Shown: positions 1 to 10,432 of the stretch, in pieces
Layout of the letters: every line of letters begins with the position of its first letter
Position numbering within the stretch: the stretch's first letter is position 1
Assembly: GCA_023247215.1 (NCBI GenBank)
Contig: JAHFGX010000003.1
Span: forward strand, 1-55,754
Length of the DNA stretch: 55,754 bases
Source of the DNA: Candidatus Omnitrophota bacterium
GTDB lineage: Bacteria > Omnitrophota > Gorgyraeia > Aquiviventales > Aquiviventaceae
Direction of reading: 5' to 3'
Made by a program: the position numbers and the translations under genes
The notes under the pieces: generated by a model
What the model was told of the DNA's origin: nothing
What the model saw: only the letters and a program-made list of their open reading frames with translations
The model's database searches: none

Positions 1-2
1 CC

Positions 3-293
3 ACACCGGATCTGCTCGTGGCGGATGAGCCCACCACGGCGCTGGATGTGACGGTGCAGTTGCAGCTCCTGCGGCTGTTGCGGGATTTGCAGCGCAGCCT
101 CAAGCTCTCCATCCTCCTCATCTCCCACGATCTCCTGGTGGTCGAGCGGATCGCGCACCGGGTGGGGGTGATGTCTCAAGGGTGCCTGGTGGAAGCTGGG
201 CCGGTGGCCCAGGTGCTGCGCCAGCCCCAGCATGCCGCCACCGCCGAGCTGCTCCGCGCGCGGGACGCGCTGGCATTTCCAGCCTCCTCATGA
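3..293 (+). CDS. Peptide/nickel ABC transporter ATP-binding subunit, C-terminal part (5' truncated by window edge)
   Basis: Walker B/D-loop LLVADEPTTALD and H-loop ISHDL; frame is open from the window start. Confidence 0.9.
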   Translation, partial: TPDLLVADEPTTALDVTVQLQLLRLLRDLQRSLKLSILLISHDLLVVERIAHRVGVMSQGCLVEAGPVAQVLRQPQHAATAELLRARDALAFPASS

Positions 294-1096
294 CCGAACC
301 CGTTCTCGACGCGCGCGAGCTCCGCAAGTCTTACGCTCACCGTCGGGGCGCAGCGCAGCGCTCGGGGCGTCTCGTCGCCGTCGAGTCCGTCACGTGCGCG
401 GTCCAGGTCGGAGAAGCCGTCGGCCTCGTCGGGGAATCCGGCTGCGGCAAGACCACATTGGCCAAGCTGCTCATCGGCCTCATCACGCCGGATGCCGGCG
501 CGGTCCGCCTGCAGGGGCGGGTGCTGCAGCAGTTGCGCGGCAGGGAATTGCGCGCCGCGCGGCGCCAGGCGCAGATGATCTTCCAGGACCCCGGCAACAG
601 CCTGAACCCGCGCATGATAGTGGAGGAGATCGTCAGCGAGCCGTTGATCATCCACCGCGTAGCTCACGGGGCCGCGCTCCGCCGCCGCGCTGAGGAGCTG
701 CTAGGCCTGGTGCAGTTGCCTGCCGCCATGCTGCGCCGCCTGCCGCATGAGCTCAGCGGCGGCGAGCGCCAGCGCGTCGGCATCGCCCGTGCCTTGGCCA
801 CCGATCCGGCGCTGCTCATCTGCGATGAGCCGATCTCGTCCCTCGACGTTGCCGTCGGCGTCCAAATCCTCGAGCTGTTGCGGAGCCTGCGCCGCCGGCG
901 CCATATGGCGCTCTTCTTCATCTCCCACGACCTGCGCGCCGTCGCCTCGCTGTGCGACCGCATCCTCGTCATGCGCGAGGGGAAGATTATTGAGGAAGCG
1001 GCCACTGCCGACGTGCTCCACCGACCCCAGCAGCCCTATACGCGCTGGCTCCTCCACTGCGCCTCCCTCGACCTCGACGCCCTGAACGAACCATGA
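290..1096 (+). CDS. Peptide/nickel ABC transporter ATP-binding subunit (OppF/DppF-like)
   Basis: Walker A GESGCGKT, Q-loop MIFQDP, signature LSGGERQR, Walker B LICDEP; ATG at 290 overlaps the upstream stop (ATGA). Confidence 0.92.
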   Translation: MTEPVLDARELRKSYAHRRGAAQRSGRLVAVESVTCAVQVGEAVGLVGESGCGKTTLAKLLIGLITPDAGAVRLQGRVLQQLRGRELRAARRQAQMIFQDPGNSLNPRMIVEEIVSEPLIIHRVAHGAALRRRAEELLGLVQLPAAMLRRLPHELSGGERQRVGIARALATDPALLICDEPISSLDVAVGVQILELLRSLRRRRHMALFFISHDLRAVASLCDRILVMREGKIIEEAATADVLHRPQQPYTRWLLHCASLDLDALNEP

Positions 1097-1287
1097 ACCC
1101 AGGGGAACCTGTTGAAATCCGCTGCCCCTATTGCGGCGAGCTCCTTGAAATCGTTATTGACCAATCGGCCGGCCGACAGCAATATATAGAAGACTGCCAC
1201 GTCTGTTGCCATCCCATCCATCTGCGCATTTCCATTGATGAAGAGGGTCTGCCAAGCGTCGAAGCGCACCGAGAGGACGAATCATGA
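1093..1287 (+). CDS. CPXCG-motif cysteine-rich small protein (putative Zn ribbon)
   Basis: CPYCGE...QYIEDCHVCCHP pattern; ATGA overlaps with both neighbours. Confidence 0.85.
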   Translation: MNPGEPVEIRCPYCGELLEIVIDQSAGRQQYIEDCHVCCHPIHLRISIDEEGLPSVEAHREDES

Positions 1288-2426
1288 ACAGCACGACACC
1301 AGCCAAGCTTGACCGGTTCCGCGTGTTCCTTTGGTTGTTCGCCGCGCTTCAGATGGGGACGCCGTCGGGATCGGCGGCAGAAATACTCAAGCAGCCGCGA
1401 ACCTACGCGATCGGATTGGGCTATGTTACCGCCCATCGCCCGCTGAGTGTGACCGCCGCCTACGATCACATTGCGCGCGCAGCCGACATCGCGTACATCC
1501 AGAAGACCTGGAGCGAATGGCAACGGCCGGAAACGTTGGACGAGGTGACTATCGCCCGCCACAAGGGTCTGAAAATTTATCTGGCGTTGGATCTGTTAAG
1601 CTACAGTGCCCCGCCACGGCGCGATGTCGTGCTGGCGGATGGAGCAGCAAGCAATTTTTCTTCGCCGGCCGTTCAGGCCGCCTATCTCCAACTGGTGACG
1701 GATCTCGTTCGCGCCTATCAGCCGGATTATGTTGTTCCTTTAGTGGAAGCCAATCTCCACGCGGCGCACAACCCGGGCAGCTATTCCGCGTTCAAGCAAT
1801 GGTATCCGCAGGTGTTCCAAACCATCAGGCGCTTGAGCCCAGGAACGCGAATCGGGGTGAGCATGAGTTATGCGGATTATATGAGTCCGTCCGGGTTTGG
1901 AGCGGAAGACCGGGAGGCGTACCGTCGCGCCATCAAAGATTTCGAGCCGTATTCCGACATGGTGTGCGCTTCCGTGTATCCTTTTCTTCTCTATGTCGGC
2001 CCTCGCCTGACGACGTCCCCGCCGTTGACGTTTCATCCCAGGCCGAGCGGCATTCCAGAAGATTTCTTCAACGAGCTGGCGGGAGGATCGTCCTTGCCCC
2101 TGTTTATTTCCGAAACAAGCTGGGTGAGCCGCACGTTTGACATTGCCGGGATCATCCGCATTCAATCGTCCCCGGAAGACCAGTCCGACTATGTGGCGCG
2201 ATTGACCGAACTGGCCGGCCGGGCGCAAGCCCAAGGACAGAAAATTGAAGCCATCAATTTCGTTTCGCTCGTGGATCCGGATGAGCGCAGTTGCGATGCC
2301 GCGCTCACGGCTTCAGGGCTGTCATGGTTCTGTTCGTTGGCGCTGATGAATTCGACGGCCCAGGACAAACCGGCGTTTGTCACAATGGAAACCTGGAAAC
2401 GCGACGAGCCGTACCGCGGGCCATGA
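1284..2426 (+). CDS. Secreted hypothetical protein, possible clan GH-A TIM-barrel glycoside hydrolase
   Basis: N-terminal signal-like hydrophobic stretch; VEAN (acid/base-like), SVYP and ISETSW (nucleophile-like) motifs; family not resolved. Confidence 0.55.
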   Translation: MNSTTPAKLDRFRVFLWLFAALQMGTPSGSAAEILKQPRTYAIGLGYVTAHRPLSVTAAYDHIARAADIAYIQKTWSEWQRPETLDEVTIARHKGLKIYLALDLLSYSAPPRRDVVLADGAASNFSSPAVQAAYLQLVTDLVRAYQPDYVVPLVEANLHAAHNPGSYSAFKQWYPQVFQTIRRLSPGTRIGVSMSYADYMSPSGFGAEDREAYRRAIKDFEPYSDMVCASVYPFLLYVGPRLTTSPPLTFHPRPSGIPEDFFNELAGGSSLPLFISETSWVSRTFDIAGIIRIQSSPEDQSDYVARLTELAGRAQAQGQKIEAINFVSLVDPDERSCDAALTASGLSWFCSLALMNSTAQDKPAFVTMETWKRDEPYRGP

Positions 2427-2541
2427 CACGGCGTCTCGCGCTCACCGTCCTCTATAGCGGCTCCGTCCTCCCGGAAAACGTCCGCATTCTCCTGGAGCCT
2501 GAGCGCCGCTTGCTGGGATTGTGAGGCTCTACAGAAGGCGG

Positions 2542-2547
2542 TATAAT
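2542..2547 (+). promoter_or_regulatory. -10 box (TATAAT) of marC
   Basis: Perfect TATAAT 11 nt before ATG 2559; no clear -35. Confidence 0.55.
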
Positions 2548-2558
2548 ACCCAACGATC

Positions 2559-3143
2559 ATGGTCTGGGAACGGTTATGGTTATCCTTTCTGCCTCTGTGC
2601 GTGGCAGTTGACGCGCTGGGCGTGGTCCCGCTTTACTGGGCCCTCGTGCAGGAGCAGCCCGTCTCGCAGCGCCGGCAGACCGTGCACCAGGCGGTGATCG
2701 TCGCGTTTGTCGTCGCGCTGGTCTTTCTGTGGATCAGCGAAGCCGTCTTTAAGCTCATGGGCATCCAGATCGCGGACGTGATGATTGCCGGGGGGCTTAT
2801 TTTATTTGCGCTGTCACTAAACGACCTGCTGCACCCGGAAAAGGTGTCCTACGCGTCAGGCGGGGAGGTGGGAGCCGTGCCGCTGGGCGTGCCCATCATC
2901 GTCGGGCCGGCGGTGCTCACCACGGCGTTGCTCGTGCGCCAGCGCTACGGCCTCTGGCCGACCATCAGCGCCTTGAGCCTGAACATCTTATTGGTGTGGG
3001 TGATTTTGCAGGTGGCTGACCGGCTGCTCCAGCGCATCGGCAGCGCCGGCGCCCGCGTCGTTTCGAAGGTCATGAACCTCGTCTTGGCCGCGTTTGCCGT
3101 GATGTTGGTGCGGCAGGGCCTGACGATGGTCTTGCCGCGATAA
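2559..3143 (+). CDS. marC: MarC family integral membrane protein
   Basis: About 6 hydrophobic segments, IAGGLILF and VPLGVPIIVGPAVLTT motifs. Confidence 0.88.
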   Translation: MVWERLWLSFLPLCVAVDALGVVPLYWALVQEQPVSQRRQTVHQAVIVAFVVALVFLWISEAVFKLMGIQIADVMIAGGLILFALSLNDLLHPEKVSYASGGEVGAVPLGVPIIVGPAVLTTALLVRQRYGLWPTISALSLNILLVWVILQVADRLLQRIGSAGARVVSKVMNLVLAAFAVMLVRQGLTMVLPR

Positions 3144-3219
3144 TCGCCGCGGCACGCCGGATCCGGCGGCCGGGCGCTCCCTGGATGCATGATCATCACC
3201 AGCGACAGGTGATTCTCTC

Positions 3220-4476
3220 ATGACGATGCAGCGGGTCTTAACCTTTATCATGGCGGGCGGGAAGGGGGAGCGATTGTACCCCCTCACCAAGGACCGCGCC
3301 AAGCCGGCGGTGCCCTTCGGCGGCATCTACCGCGTGATTGACTTCACGCTGTCGAACTGCATCAACTCCGGCATCCGCAAGATCGACGTGCTGATCCAGT
3401 ACAAATCCATCTCGCTGCAGCGGCACCTGCGGATGGGCTGGAACATCTTTGACAGCGAGCTGGGGGAATACATTGACGTCATCCCGGCGCAGCAGCGCGT
3501 GGAGGAGCACTGGTACCTCGGCACGGCGGACGCGGTCTACCAGAACATCTACTCCATCGAGCAGGAACGGCCGCAGGAAGTGCTGGTCCTGGCGGGCGAC
3601 CACGTCTACCGGATGAACTATTCGCAGGTGGTGGAGTTCCACCGGGCGCACCAGGCGGACGTGACCGTCAGCGTTGTGAAGATGAAGTGCGAAGAGGCGA
3701 CCGGGTTCGGCATCGTGCAGGTGAACGAGGAAGGGCGCATCATCGGCTTCGAGGAGAAGCCGCGCCAGCCCAAGCCCATCCCCGGCGACCCGGCGCACTG
3801 CTACGCCTCGATGGGGATTTACCTGTTCAAGCGCGAGCCGCTGGAGCAGGTGTTGATCGAAAACGCCAAGCGCAGCGACACCACCCATGACTTCGGGCGG
3901 GACGTGCTGCCGCGCATGTTCAGCTCGCACGGCGTCTTCGCGTACAACTTTCAAGACCGGCACACCGGCGAGCCGCGCTATTGGCGGGACATCGGGACGC
4001 TGGACGCCTATTACGCCGCCAATATGGACCTGGTGCACCCAGCACCCCAGTTCAATCTCTACAGCCCCAACTGGCCCATCCGGACGTACCACGAGCAGTG
4101 GCCGCCGGCCAAGACGATGTTCGCGGACGAGGCCACCGGGCGGGTGGGCTCGCTGCTCGATTCGCTGGTGTCCAACGGCTGCATCATCAGCGGCGGGCGG
4201 GTGCAGCGCTGCGTGCTTTCTCCGAACGTGCGGGTGAACAGCTTTTCGGAAGTCTATGATTCGATCCTGATGGAGCGCGTGGAGGTGGGTCGCTACGCCA
4301 AGATCCGCCGCGCCATCATTGACAAGGACGTGGTGATCCCGCGTTACGCGGAGATCGGCTACGACGAGGAAGAGGACCGCAAGCGGTACCACGTGACGGA
4401 GCAGGGCATCGTGGTGGTGGCCAAGGGCACGGTCATCGAGGAGCCGCGCAAGGCGGTTTCGTTGGTGGGGACATGA
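3220..4476 (+). CDS. glgC: Glucose-1-phosphate adenylyltransferase
   Basis: [59 protein letters not shown]. Confidence 0.97.
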   Translation: MTMQRVLTFIMAGGKGERLYPLTKDRAKPAVPFGGIYRVIDFTLSNCINSGIRKIDVLIQYKSISLQRHLRMGWNIFDSELGEYIDVIPAQQRVEEHWYLGTADAVYQNIYSIEQERPQEVLVLAGDHVYRMNYSQVVEFHRAHQADVTVSVVKMKCEEATGFGIVQVNEEGRIIGFEEKPRQPKPIPGDPAHCYASMGIYLFKREPLEQVLIENAKRSDTTHDFGRDVLPRMFSSHGVFAYNFQDRHTGEPRYWRDIGTLDAYYAANMDLVHPAPQFNLYSPNWPIRTYHEQWPPAKTMFADEATGRVGSLLDSLVSNGCIISGGRVQRCVLSPNVRVNSFSEVYDSILMERVEVGRYAKIRRAIIDKDVVIPRYAEIGYDEEEDRKRYHVTEQGIVVVAKGTVIEEPRKAVSLVGT

Positions 4477-5270
4477 GCGCGGCATTGACGATTGGATCCG
4501 TGGCGCTGCGCTCGCGGCTGATCGTCGGGACGGGGAAGTACCGCACCGGCGAGCTGATGCGCGAGGCCGTCGAAGCCTCCGGCGCCGAGATGGTGACGGT
4601 GGCGGTGCGCCGCCTCAACCTGGACAAACCCGGCGAGCCCAACTTGCTGGAGTTTTTGGATCGCTCCCGGCTGACCTTGCTGCCGAACACGGCGGGCTGC
4701 TATACGGCGGAGGACGCGATCCGTGTCGCGCGCCTGGGCCGCGAAGCCGGGTTGTCCAACGTGGTGAAGGTGGAGGTGATCGGCGACCAGAAAACGCTGC
4801 TGCCCGACACCGAGGCGCTCTTGAGCGCCACCAAGGCGCTGGTGCGCGAAGGATTCGTCGTGCTGCCGTATACCAACGATGATCCCGTCATGGCGAAAAA
4901 GCTGGAAGACGCCGGCGCGGCCTGCGTGATGCCGCTGGCCGGGCCGATCGGCTCCGGGCAGGGGATTCTGAATCCGTTGACGATCCGCTTCATCCTGGAG
5001 GCGGTCTCCGTGCCGGTGATCGTGGATGCCGGCGTCGGCACGGCCTCCGACGCGGCCGTAGCCATGGAGCTGGGCGCGGATGGCGTCTTGATGAACACGG
5101 CCATCGCCGGGGCGAACGATCCGGTGAAGATGGCGCGCGCCATGCGCCTGGCGGTGGAAGCGGGCCGCCTGGCGTTTGAAGCCGGCCGCATCCCGAAGCT
5201 GCCGTACGCGTCTGCCTCAAGCCCGGCGCAAGGCACCCTGCGTGCCTCTGTCGCGGCCGCGACCAAGTAA
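4473..5270 (+). CDS. thiG: Thiazole synthase
   Basis: [42 protein letters not shown]. Confidence 0.97.
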   Translation: MSAALTIGSVALRSRLIVGTGKYRTGELMREAVEASGAEMVTVAVRRLNLDKPGEPNLLEFLDRSRLTLLPNTAGCYTAEDAIRVARLGREAGLSNVVKVEVIGDQKTLLPDTEALLSATKALVREGFVVLPYTNDDPVMAKKLEDAGAACVMPLAGPIGSGQGILNPLTIRFILEAVSVPVIVDAGVGTASDAAVAMELGADGVLMNTAIAGANDPVKMARAMRLAVEAGRLAFEAGRIPKLPYASASSPAQGTLRASVAAATK

Positions 5271-5298
5271 GATGCCGATCACTCAGCGAAAGGAACCG

Positions 5299-6399
5299 AT
5301 GAGCGCGCCATCCCACTCGACAACGCAACAGCGCACCTACCGCGTGGCCGTGATCGCCGGCGATGGCACCGGCCCGGAAGTGGTCCGCGAAGGGCAAAAG
5401 GTATTGGAAGCCGCGGCCAAGGCCGAAGGGTTCACCCTGGCGTGGGAGCCGCACGACTTCAGCGGCGCGCGCTACCTGCGCACCAACGAGCTGGTGTCAG
5501 ACAAGGACATCGAGGCGCTGCGGGCGACGGCCGCCATCTATCTGGGCGCCGTGGGGCATCCGGACGTGCCGCCTGGCATCCTGGAGCATGGGGTGCTGCT
5601 GCGCCTGCGCTTCGCGCTGGACCAGTACATCAACCTGCGGCCGGTGAAGCTGTATCCGGGCGTGTGGACGCCGCTCAAGGACAAAACGCCGGAGCACATT
5701 GATTTTGTCGTCGTGCGGGAGAACACCGAAGGCCTCTACGCCGGGGTCGGCGGGTTCCTGCGCAAGGGCACGCCCGATGAGGTGGCGTTGCAGACCTCCG
5801 TCAACAGCCGCAAGGGCGTGGAGCGGTGCGTCCGCTACGCCTTCGAGCTGACGCGCGCGCGCAACAAGCGCAAGAAGCTCACCTTCTGCGGCAAAACCAA
5901 CGTGCTCACCTATGCGCACGACCTCTGGCAGCGGGTGTTCCAGGAGGTGGCGAAAGAATATCCGGACGTGCAGACCGACTACGCGCACGTGGACGCCACC
6001 TGCATGTGGATGGTCAAGAACCCGGAGTGGTTCGACGTGATCGTGACGGACAACATGTTCGGCGACATCATCACCGACCTGGGTGCAATAATTCAAGGAG
6101 GCATGGGCATTGCCGCGGGCGGCAACGTGAACCCGCAGGGCGTGTCCATGTTCGAGCCCATCGGCGGCTCCGCCCCCAAGTACACGGGCAAGAACGTGAT
6201 CAACCCGCTGGCGGCGATCTGCGCCGGCGGGATGCTGCTGGAGCATCTCGGCGAGCGACACGCGGCCGCGCGGGTCGAGCAGGCGGTGATGCGCCTGACG
6301 CCGCAGCTCAAAAGCCTGGCGGCCGGGCAAATGGGCTACAGCACCACGGAAGTGGGGGATCTGGTGGCGCGGTACGTGGCAGAGTGGAAGGCCACGTGA
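5299..6399 (+). CDS. leuB: 3-isopropylmalate dehydrogenase
   Basis: [40 protein letters not shown]; AAGGA Shine-Dalgarno before ATG 5299. Confidence 0.88.
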   Translation: MSAPSHSTTQQRTYRVAVIAGDGTGPEVVREGQKVLEAAAKAEGFTLAWEPHDFSGARYLRTNELVSDKDIEALRATAAIYLGAVGHPDVPPGILEHGVLLRLRFALDQYINLRPVKLYPGVWTPLKDKTPEHIDFVVVRENTEGLYAGVGGFLRKGTPDEVALQTSVNSRKGVERCVRYAFELTRARNKRKKLTFCGKTNVLTYAHDLWQRVFQEVAKEYPDVQTDYAHVDATCMWMVKNPEWFDVIVTDNMFGDIITDLGAIIQGGMGIAAGGNVNPQGVSMFEPIGGSAPKYTGKNVINPLAAICAGGMLLEHLGERHAAARVEQAVMRLTPQLKSLAAGQMGYSTTEVGDLVARYVAEWKAT

Positions 6400-6413
6400 G
6401 AGAATCTGTTGTC

Positions 6414-7499
6414 ATGAAGTCTCGAGCCGTGTCGAAACGGAACGCGCAGACCGTGGCCGTGGTTGGCGCCACGGGCGCGGTGGGCACCGAGATGCTCCGC
6501 GTACTGGAGGAGCGCCGCTTTCCCATCGGCAAGATCGTGCTGCTGGCCTCGGAGCGGTCCGCCGGCAAGCGGCTGCGCTTCAACGGCACAGCGGCCACGG
6601 TAGAGCGGCTTCGGCCGGAGGCGTTTGAGGGCGTGGACATCGCGCTCTTCAGCGCCGGGGCAAGCCGCAGCCTGCAATTCGCGCCGGAAGCGGTCAAGCG
6701 CGGCGCGGTGGTGGTGGACAACTCCAGCGCCTTCCGCATGGATCCGGCCGTGCCGCTGGTCGTGCCGGAGGTGAACCCGCACGCCTTGCGCCGGCATCGC
6801 GGCATCATCGCCAATCCCAACTGCTCGACGATCATCATGCTCGTAGCGCTCAAACCGCTGCATGACGCGGCGACGCTTCGCCGGATCGTCGTGGCGACTT
6901 ATCAGTCCGTCTCCGGCGCCGGGGCCAAGGCGATGTACCAGCTCTGGGACGAGTCCCGCCAAATCCTGGGCCGGTGGAAGGGCAAAGCCGGAACCTGGTC
7001 GGCCGACGGGCAGCCCTGGAAGCTGGCGCGCAGCGCCGGCCCGCTGCCCAAGCAGATTGCGTTCAACGTGATCCCGCAGGTGGACGCGTTTCTGGACAAC
7101 CGCTCCACCAAGGAAGAAATCAAAATGGTCCAGGAAACGCGCAAGATCCTGGAGGCGCCGGCGCTGGCGGTCTCCGTCACGTGCGCGCGGGTGCCGGTGT
7201 TTGTGGCCCACTCCGAGGCGGTCTGGATCGAAACCGCGCGGCCCTTGTCCGTCGCTGAGGCGCGCCGGTTGCTGCAAGGCGCGCTGGGTGTGAAATTAGT
7301 AGATGAAGGGGCCCGGGGCAGGTACCCGTTGCCGGTGGACGCCGGCGGGCAGGATGCGGTGCTGGTGGGCCGCCTCCGGGCCGATGAATCGGTGAAGAAC
7401 GGCCTGGCGTTGTGGCTCAGCGGCGATAACCTCCGCAAAGGCGCGGCCACCAACGCCGTCCAGATCGCCGAGCTCCTCCTCCACGCCAAGGGCGCGTAG
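6414..7499 (+). CDS. asd: Aspartate-semialdehyde dehydrogenase
   Basis: VGATGAVG, DNSSAFRM, PEVN, NPNCST, YQSVSGAG, DNLRKGAA; alternative GTG start at 6396. Confidence 0.96.
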   Translation: MKSRAVSKRNAQTVAVVGATGAVGTEMLRVLEERRFPIGKIVLLASERSAGKRLRFNGTAATVERLRPEAFEGVDIALFSAGASRSLQFAPEAVKRGAVVVDNSSAFRMDPAVPLVVPEVNPHALRRHRGIIANPNCSTIIMLVALKPLHDAATLRRIVVATYQSVSGAGAKAMYQLWDESRQILGRWKGKAGTWSADGQPWKLARSAGPLPKQIAFNVIPQVDAFLDNRSTKEEIKMVQETRKILEAPALAVSVTCARVPVFVAHSEAVWIETARPLSVAEARRLLQGALGVKLVDEGARGRYPLPVDAGGQDAVLVGRLRADESVKNGLALWLSGDNLRKGAATNAVQIAELLLHAKGA

Positions 7500-7535
7500 C
7501 GCACAACCTGTCCCCGCGGTACCCGGTACCTTTCT

Positions 7536-8288
7536 ATGCGTACGCTGAAGCTCACCGTCGCCTACGACGGCACCGGATTTTCCGGGTGGCAGGCGCAAGG
7601 GTCCAACGCCCGGAAGCCCACGATCCAAGGCACCCTGCAAGCGGCATGTCGCACCGTCCTGCGCGAACCGGTGAATGTGCTGGGCAGTGGGCGGACCGAT
7701 ACCGGCGTGCATGCGCTGGGGCAAGTGGCGCACCTGAAAACCGGCTCCGAGATCTCGCCCGATCGGCTGCGCATGGCGCTCAACGGCGTGCTGCCGCCGG
7801 CCATTTCCGTCATGGAGGTGAAGGAGGCGCCCCCGGACTTCCATGCGCAATTCAGCGCGGTGGCCAAACGCTACCGGTATCAGATCGTGATGGGGCCAGC
7901 GGTCCTGCCGTTTGAGCGGCGGTATGTCACGCAGGTGCGGGTGCCGTTGAACGTCGCGCTGATGCGGCGGGAAGCCCGGGCGCTGCTGGGCCGGCACGAC
8001 ATGGCGGCGTTCCAATCCGCGGGCCGCCTCGTGCGCGACACGCGCCGCACGATCCTGGATCTCAGCGTGCGCCGGCGCGGGAATCATCTCACGATCGAGA
8101 TCGAGGCGGACGGCTTCCTCTATAAGATGGTGCGACGGATCGTCGGCACGCTGCTCGACATCGGGCAGGGGCGCCTGCCGCCCGGCACTGTCAACGAGCT
8201 GCTGCGCAGCCGCGATCCCCTGCACGCGGGCCGGCCGGCGGACGCGCGAGGGCTCGCCCTGGTGTGCGTCCGGTATGCGACAGGCTGA
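7536..8288 (+). CDS. truA: tRNA pseudouridine(38-40) synthase
   Basis: AYDGTGFSGWQ, GSGRTDTGVHA, FLYKMVR. Confidence 0.96.
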   Translation: MRTLKLTVAYDGTGFSGWQAQGSNARKPTIQGTLQAACRTVLREPVNVLGSGRTDTGVHALGQVAHLKTGSEISPDRLRMALNGVLPPAISVMEVKEAPPDFHAQFSAVAKRYRYQIVMGPAVLPFERRYVTQVRVPLNVALMRREARALLGRHDMAAFQSAGRLVRDTRRTILDLSVRRRGNHLTIEIEADGFLYKMVRRIVGTLLDIGQGRLPPGTVNELLRSRDPLHAGRPADARGLALVCVRYATG

Positions 8289-8291
8289 TGG

Positions 8292-8320
8292 TTGACAGTG
8301 CTCGCACAGCGTGCTACACT
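8292..8320 (+). promoter_or_regulatory. Sigma70 promoter of rplM-rpsI
   Basis: TTGACA (8292-8297), 17-nt spacer, extended -10 TG-C-TACACT (8315-8320). Confidence 0.8.
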
Positions 8321-8334
8321 ACGCGCTTCCTGCA

Positions 8335-8784
8335 ATGGCCCGAATCAAATATCAGCAATCAACCACATTTGCCAAACCGGGCGAGGTGCCTCGCGCGTGG
8401 TGGCTTATTGATGCGAATGGGCAGACGCTTGGGCGGCTGGCCACTCGGATCGCCACGATGCTGCGCGGCAAGCATAAGCCGATGTACACCCCGTATGTGG
8501 ACACCGGCGATTTCGTGGTGGTCGTGAACGCGAAGTCGCTCAAGGTGACCGGCAACAAGGCTCAGCAGAAGAACTATCCGCAATATTCCGGCTACCCGGG
8601 CGGATTGAAGCTGGTGCCGTATGCCCGGATGATGGAGACGCATCCGGACCGCATTCTCCAGCACGCCGTCAAGGGGATGCTGCCGCCGGGTCCGTTAGGC
8701 CGGCGGTTGCTGGAAAAATTGAAAATCTATCCCGGGGCGGAGCATCCGCACAAGGCTCAAGTCCCTCAACCGTTAGGAGCGTAG
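8335..8784 (+). CDS. rplM: 50S ribosomal protein L13
   Basis: [51 protein letters not shown]; start placed at ATG 8335 downstream of the promoter. Confidence 0.97.
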   Translation: MARIKYQQSTTFAKPGEVPRAWWLIDANGQTLGRLATRIATMLRGKHKPMYTPYVDTGDFVVVVNAKSLKVTGNKAQQKNYPQYSGYPGGLKLVPYARMMETHPDRILQHAVKGMLPPGPLGRRLLEKLKIYPGAEHPHKAQVPQPLGA

Positions 8785-8788
8785 CGTC

Positions 8789-9322
8789 GTGGTCGCCATG
8801 GATCACATTGACCTTCCAAGCGAATCCGTTGAATCCGCGCAACCGGTCGTCACACCGCCTCCGGCTCCCGCGACGACGGTAGTGCAGCGCGTCCAGAAGC
8901 CGGCGCCGCAGCCGAAGAAGAGCAACGGCGCGCCTTCAACCCTGTTCCAGGCCACGGGGCGACGCAAGGAATCCATCGCGCGGGTTCGCCTGACTCCGGG
9001 ATTGGGGAAAATCGTGGTCAATCGCAAGGAGCATGAAATCTATTTTCCCCGCGAGGCGCTTCGCTTAGCCATTCACCAGCCGTTGCTAGTGACCCATCAA
9101 TTGGGCAAGTTTGACGTGTCGGTGATCGTCACCGGCGGCGGGCTGGTGGGGCAGGCCGGGGCGATCCGCCTCGGCATCGCCCGGGCGCTGCTGCTGAGCG
9201 ATCCGACGTTGCGGGCGGGCCTGCGGGAAGCCGGGTTATTGACCCGCGATCCCCGGGCAAAAGAACGCAAAAAATACGGGCAGAAGGGAGCCCGCAAGCG
9301 GTTCCAGTGGACGAAGCGGTAA
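8789..9322 (+). CDS. rpsI: 30S ribosomal protein S9 with Pro-rich N-terminal extension
   Basis: [38 protein letters not shown]-terminal KR; AGGAG before GTG 8789 (alternative ATG 8798). Confidence 0.97.
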   Translation: MVAMDHIDLPSESVESAQPVVTPPPAPATTVVQRVQKPAPQPKKSNGAPSTLFQATGRRKESIARVRLTPGLGKIVVNRKEHEIYFPREALRLAIHQPLLVTHQLGKFDVSVIVTGGGLVGQAGAIRLGIARALLLSDPTLRAGLREAGLLTRDPRAKERKKYGQKGARKRFQWTKR

Positions 9323-9388
9323 CGGCGTCAGCCGCGTCCGTGCATGCCTTCACAACGTGTGGACCATGACAGCGATCACACCTCATAG

Positions 9389-10432
9389 ATGGCCTCGACC
9401 CGCGTCGCAGTGGTCGGAGCGACTGGCTACACCGGCGAAGAGTTGCTCCGCCTGCTGCTGCATCATCCCGCAGTCCAACTCACCTACCTGGCCGCTTCGG
9501 CCAAGTGGGAACGGCCGACGCCTGTCTCGGACGTCTTCCCGCGTTTCGTAACTCATCTCGGTTGTTCGGATCTCCTGATTGAACCGTTGGACCCGGCCCG
9601 CCTCTTGAAGGCGAGCGACGCGGTCTTTCTCGCGCTTCCGCACGGCGAAGCCATGAAACTGGCTCCCGCGTTGGTGGAGGCTGGCAAGCGCGTCGTGGAT
9701 CTCAGCGGAGATTTCCGGCTGCGCGCTCCGAGCCTCTATCCCCAGTGGTATCACCTGGATCATGCCGCCCCAGCCTGGCTGACCGACACCCGGGTGGCGT
9801 ATGGCCTCTCCGAGTGGTGCCGGGAGGCGATTATGAAGGCCAAGCTGATTGCCAACCCTGGCTGCTATGCCACGAGCATCCTGTTGGCGGTGCTGCCCCT
9901 CTTCCACGCCGGGCTGGTCGAGGACAACGCTTTCATCGTGGACGCGAAGTCCGGGCTCTCCGGGGCGGGCCGGAAAGCGGAGACCTCCCTGTTGTTTTCC
10001 GAGATGAGCCAGAATCTCCGCGCCTACAAGGTCAACCAGCACCAGCACATGCCGGAGGTGCTGCAAGGCATTGAGCAATTCACCCGCCGGCAGGGCCGGA
10101 TGACCTTCGTGCCGCAGGTTATCCCGGTGCACCGGGGCATGCTCAGCATGATCTATCTGCGCACCCGCGCGACGCTGGAGGACGTGATGGCGGCGTATCA
10201 GCGCGCCTACCCGGCGGAGCGGACCCCGTTTGTGCGCGTGCAAGCCGGCAGGCTGCCAGAGCTCTGCGATGTGGTGGAAACCAATCGGTGCGACATCGGG
10301 ATCATGCATGACGGATCGGGGCAGCTGATCATCGCCAGCGCCTTGGACAACCTGACCAAAGGCGCCTCGGGCCAGGCCGTGCAAAACTTGAACCTCATGC
10401 TGGGCTATCCGGAAACCGCAGGGCTCGTCTGA
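9389..10432 (+). CDS. argC: N-acetyl-gamma-glutamyl-phosphate reductase
   Basis: VGATGYTG, DLSGDFRL, IANPGCY, SGLSGAGR, DNLTKGASGQA. Confidence 0.97.
   Translation: MASTRVAVVGATGYTGEELLRLLLHHPAVQLTYLAASAKWERPTPVSDVFPRFVTHLGCSDLLIEPLDPARLLKASDAVFLALPHGEAMKLAPALVEAGKRVVDLSGDFRLRAPSLYPQWYHLDHAAPAWLTDTRVAYGLSEWCREAIMKAKLIANPGCYATSILLAVLPLFHAGLVEDNAFIVDAKSGLSGAGRKAETSLLFSEMSQNLRAYKVNQHQHMPEVLQGIEQFTRRQGRMTFVPQVIPVHRGMLSMIYLRTRATLEDVMAAYQRAYPAERTPFVRVQAGRLPELCDVVETNRCDIGIMHDGSGQLIIASALDNLTKGASGQAVQNLNLMLGYPETAGLV

Noticed and set aside
2423-2524. 33-aa ORF (MTRRLALTVLYSG...) coupled by ATGA to the hydrolase stop
   Set aside because: No recognisable motif or ribosome-binding site; such a short ORF is expected by chance
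3144-3219. Hairpins before glgC (GCCGGATCCGGC; ATCACC/GGTGAT over a possible SD) as a regulatory RNA
   Set aside because: Stems are short in GC-rich DNA and match no family I recognise
5826-6413. Long N-terminal extensions on asd, argG, panD, pilB and uvrA in the ORF track
   Set aside because: They overlap upstream genes or promoters; conserved domains begin at downstream starts with SD or stop-start overlap
7505-7535. CTGTCCCC...GGTACC-C-GGTACC palindrome between asd and truA as a REP element
   Set aside because: Short, and only one copy was seen in the window
9323-9388. ArgR box or attenuator before argC
   Set aside because: No convincing TGMAT-N-ATKCA palindrome, Arg-rich leader peptide or terminator
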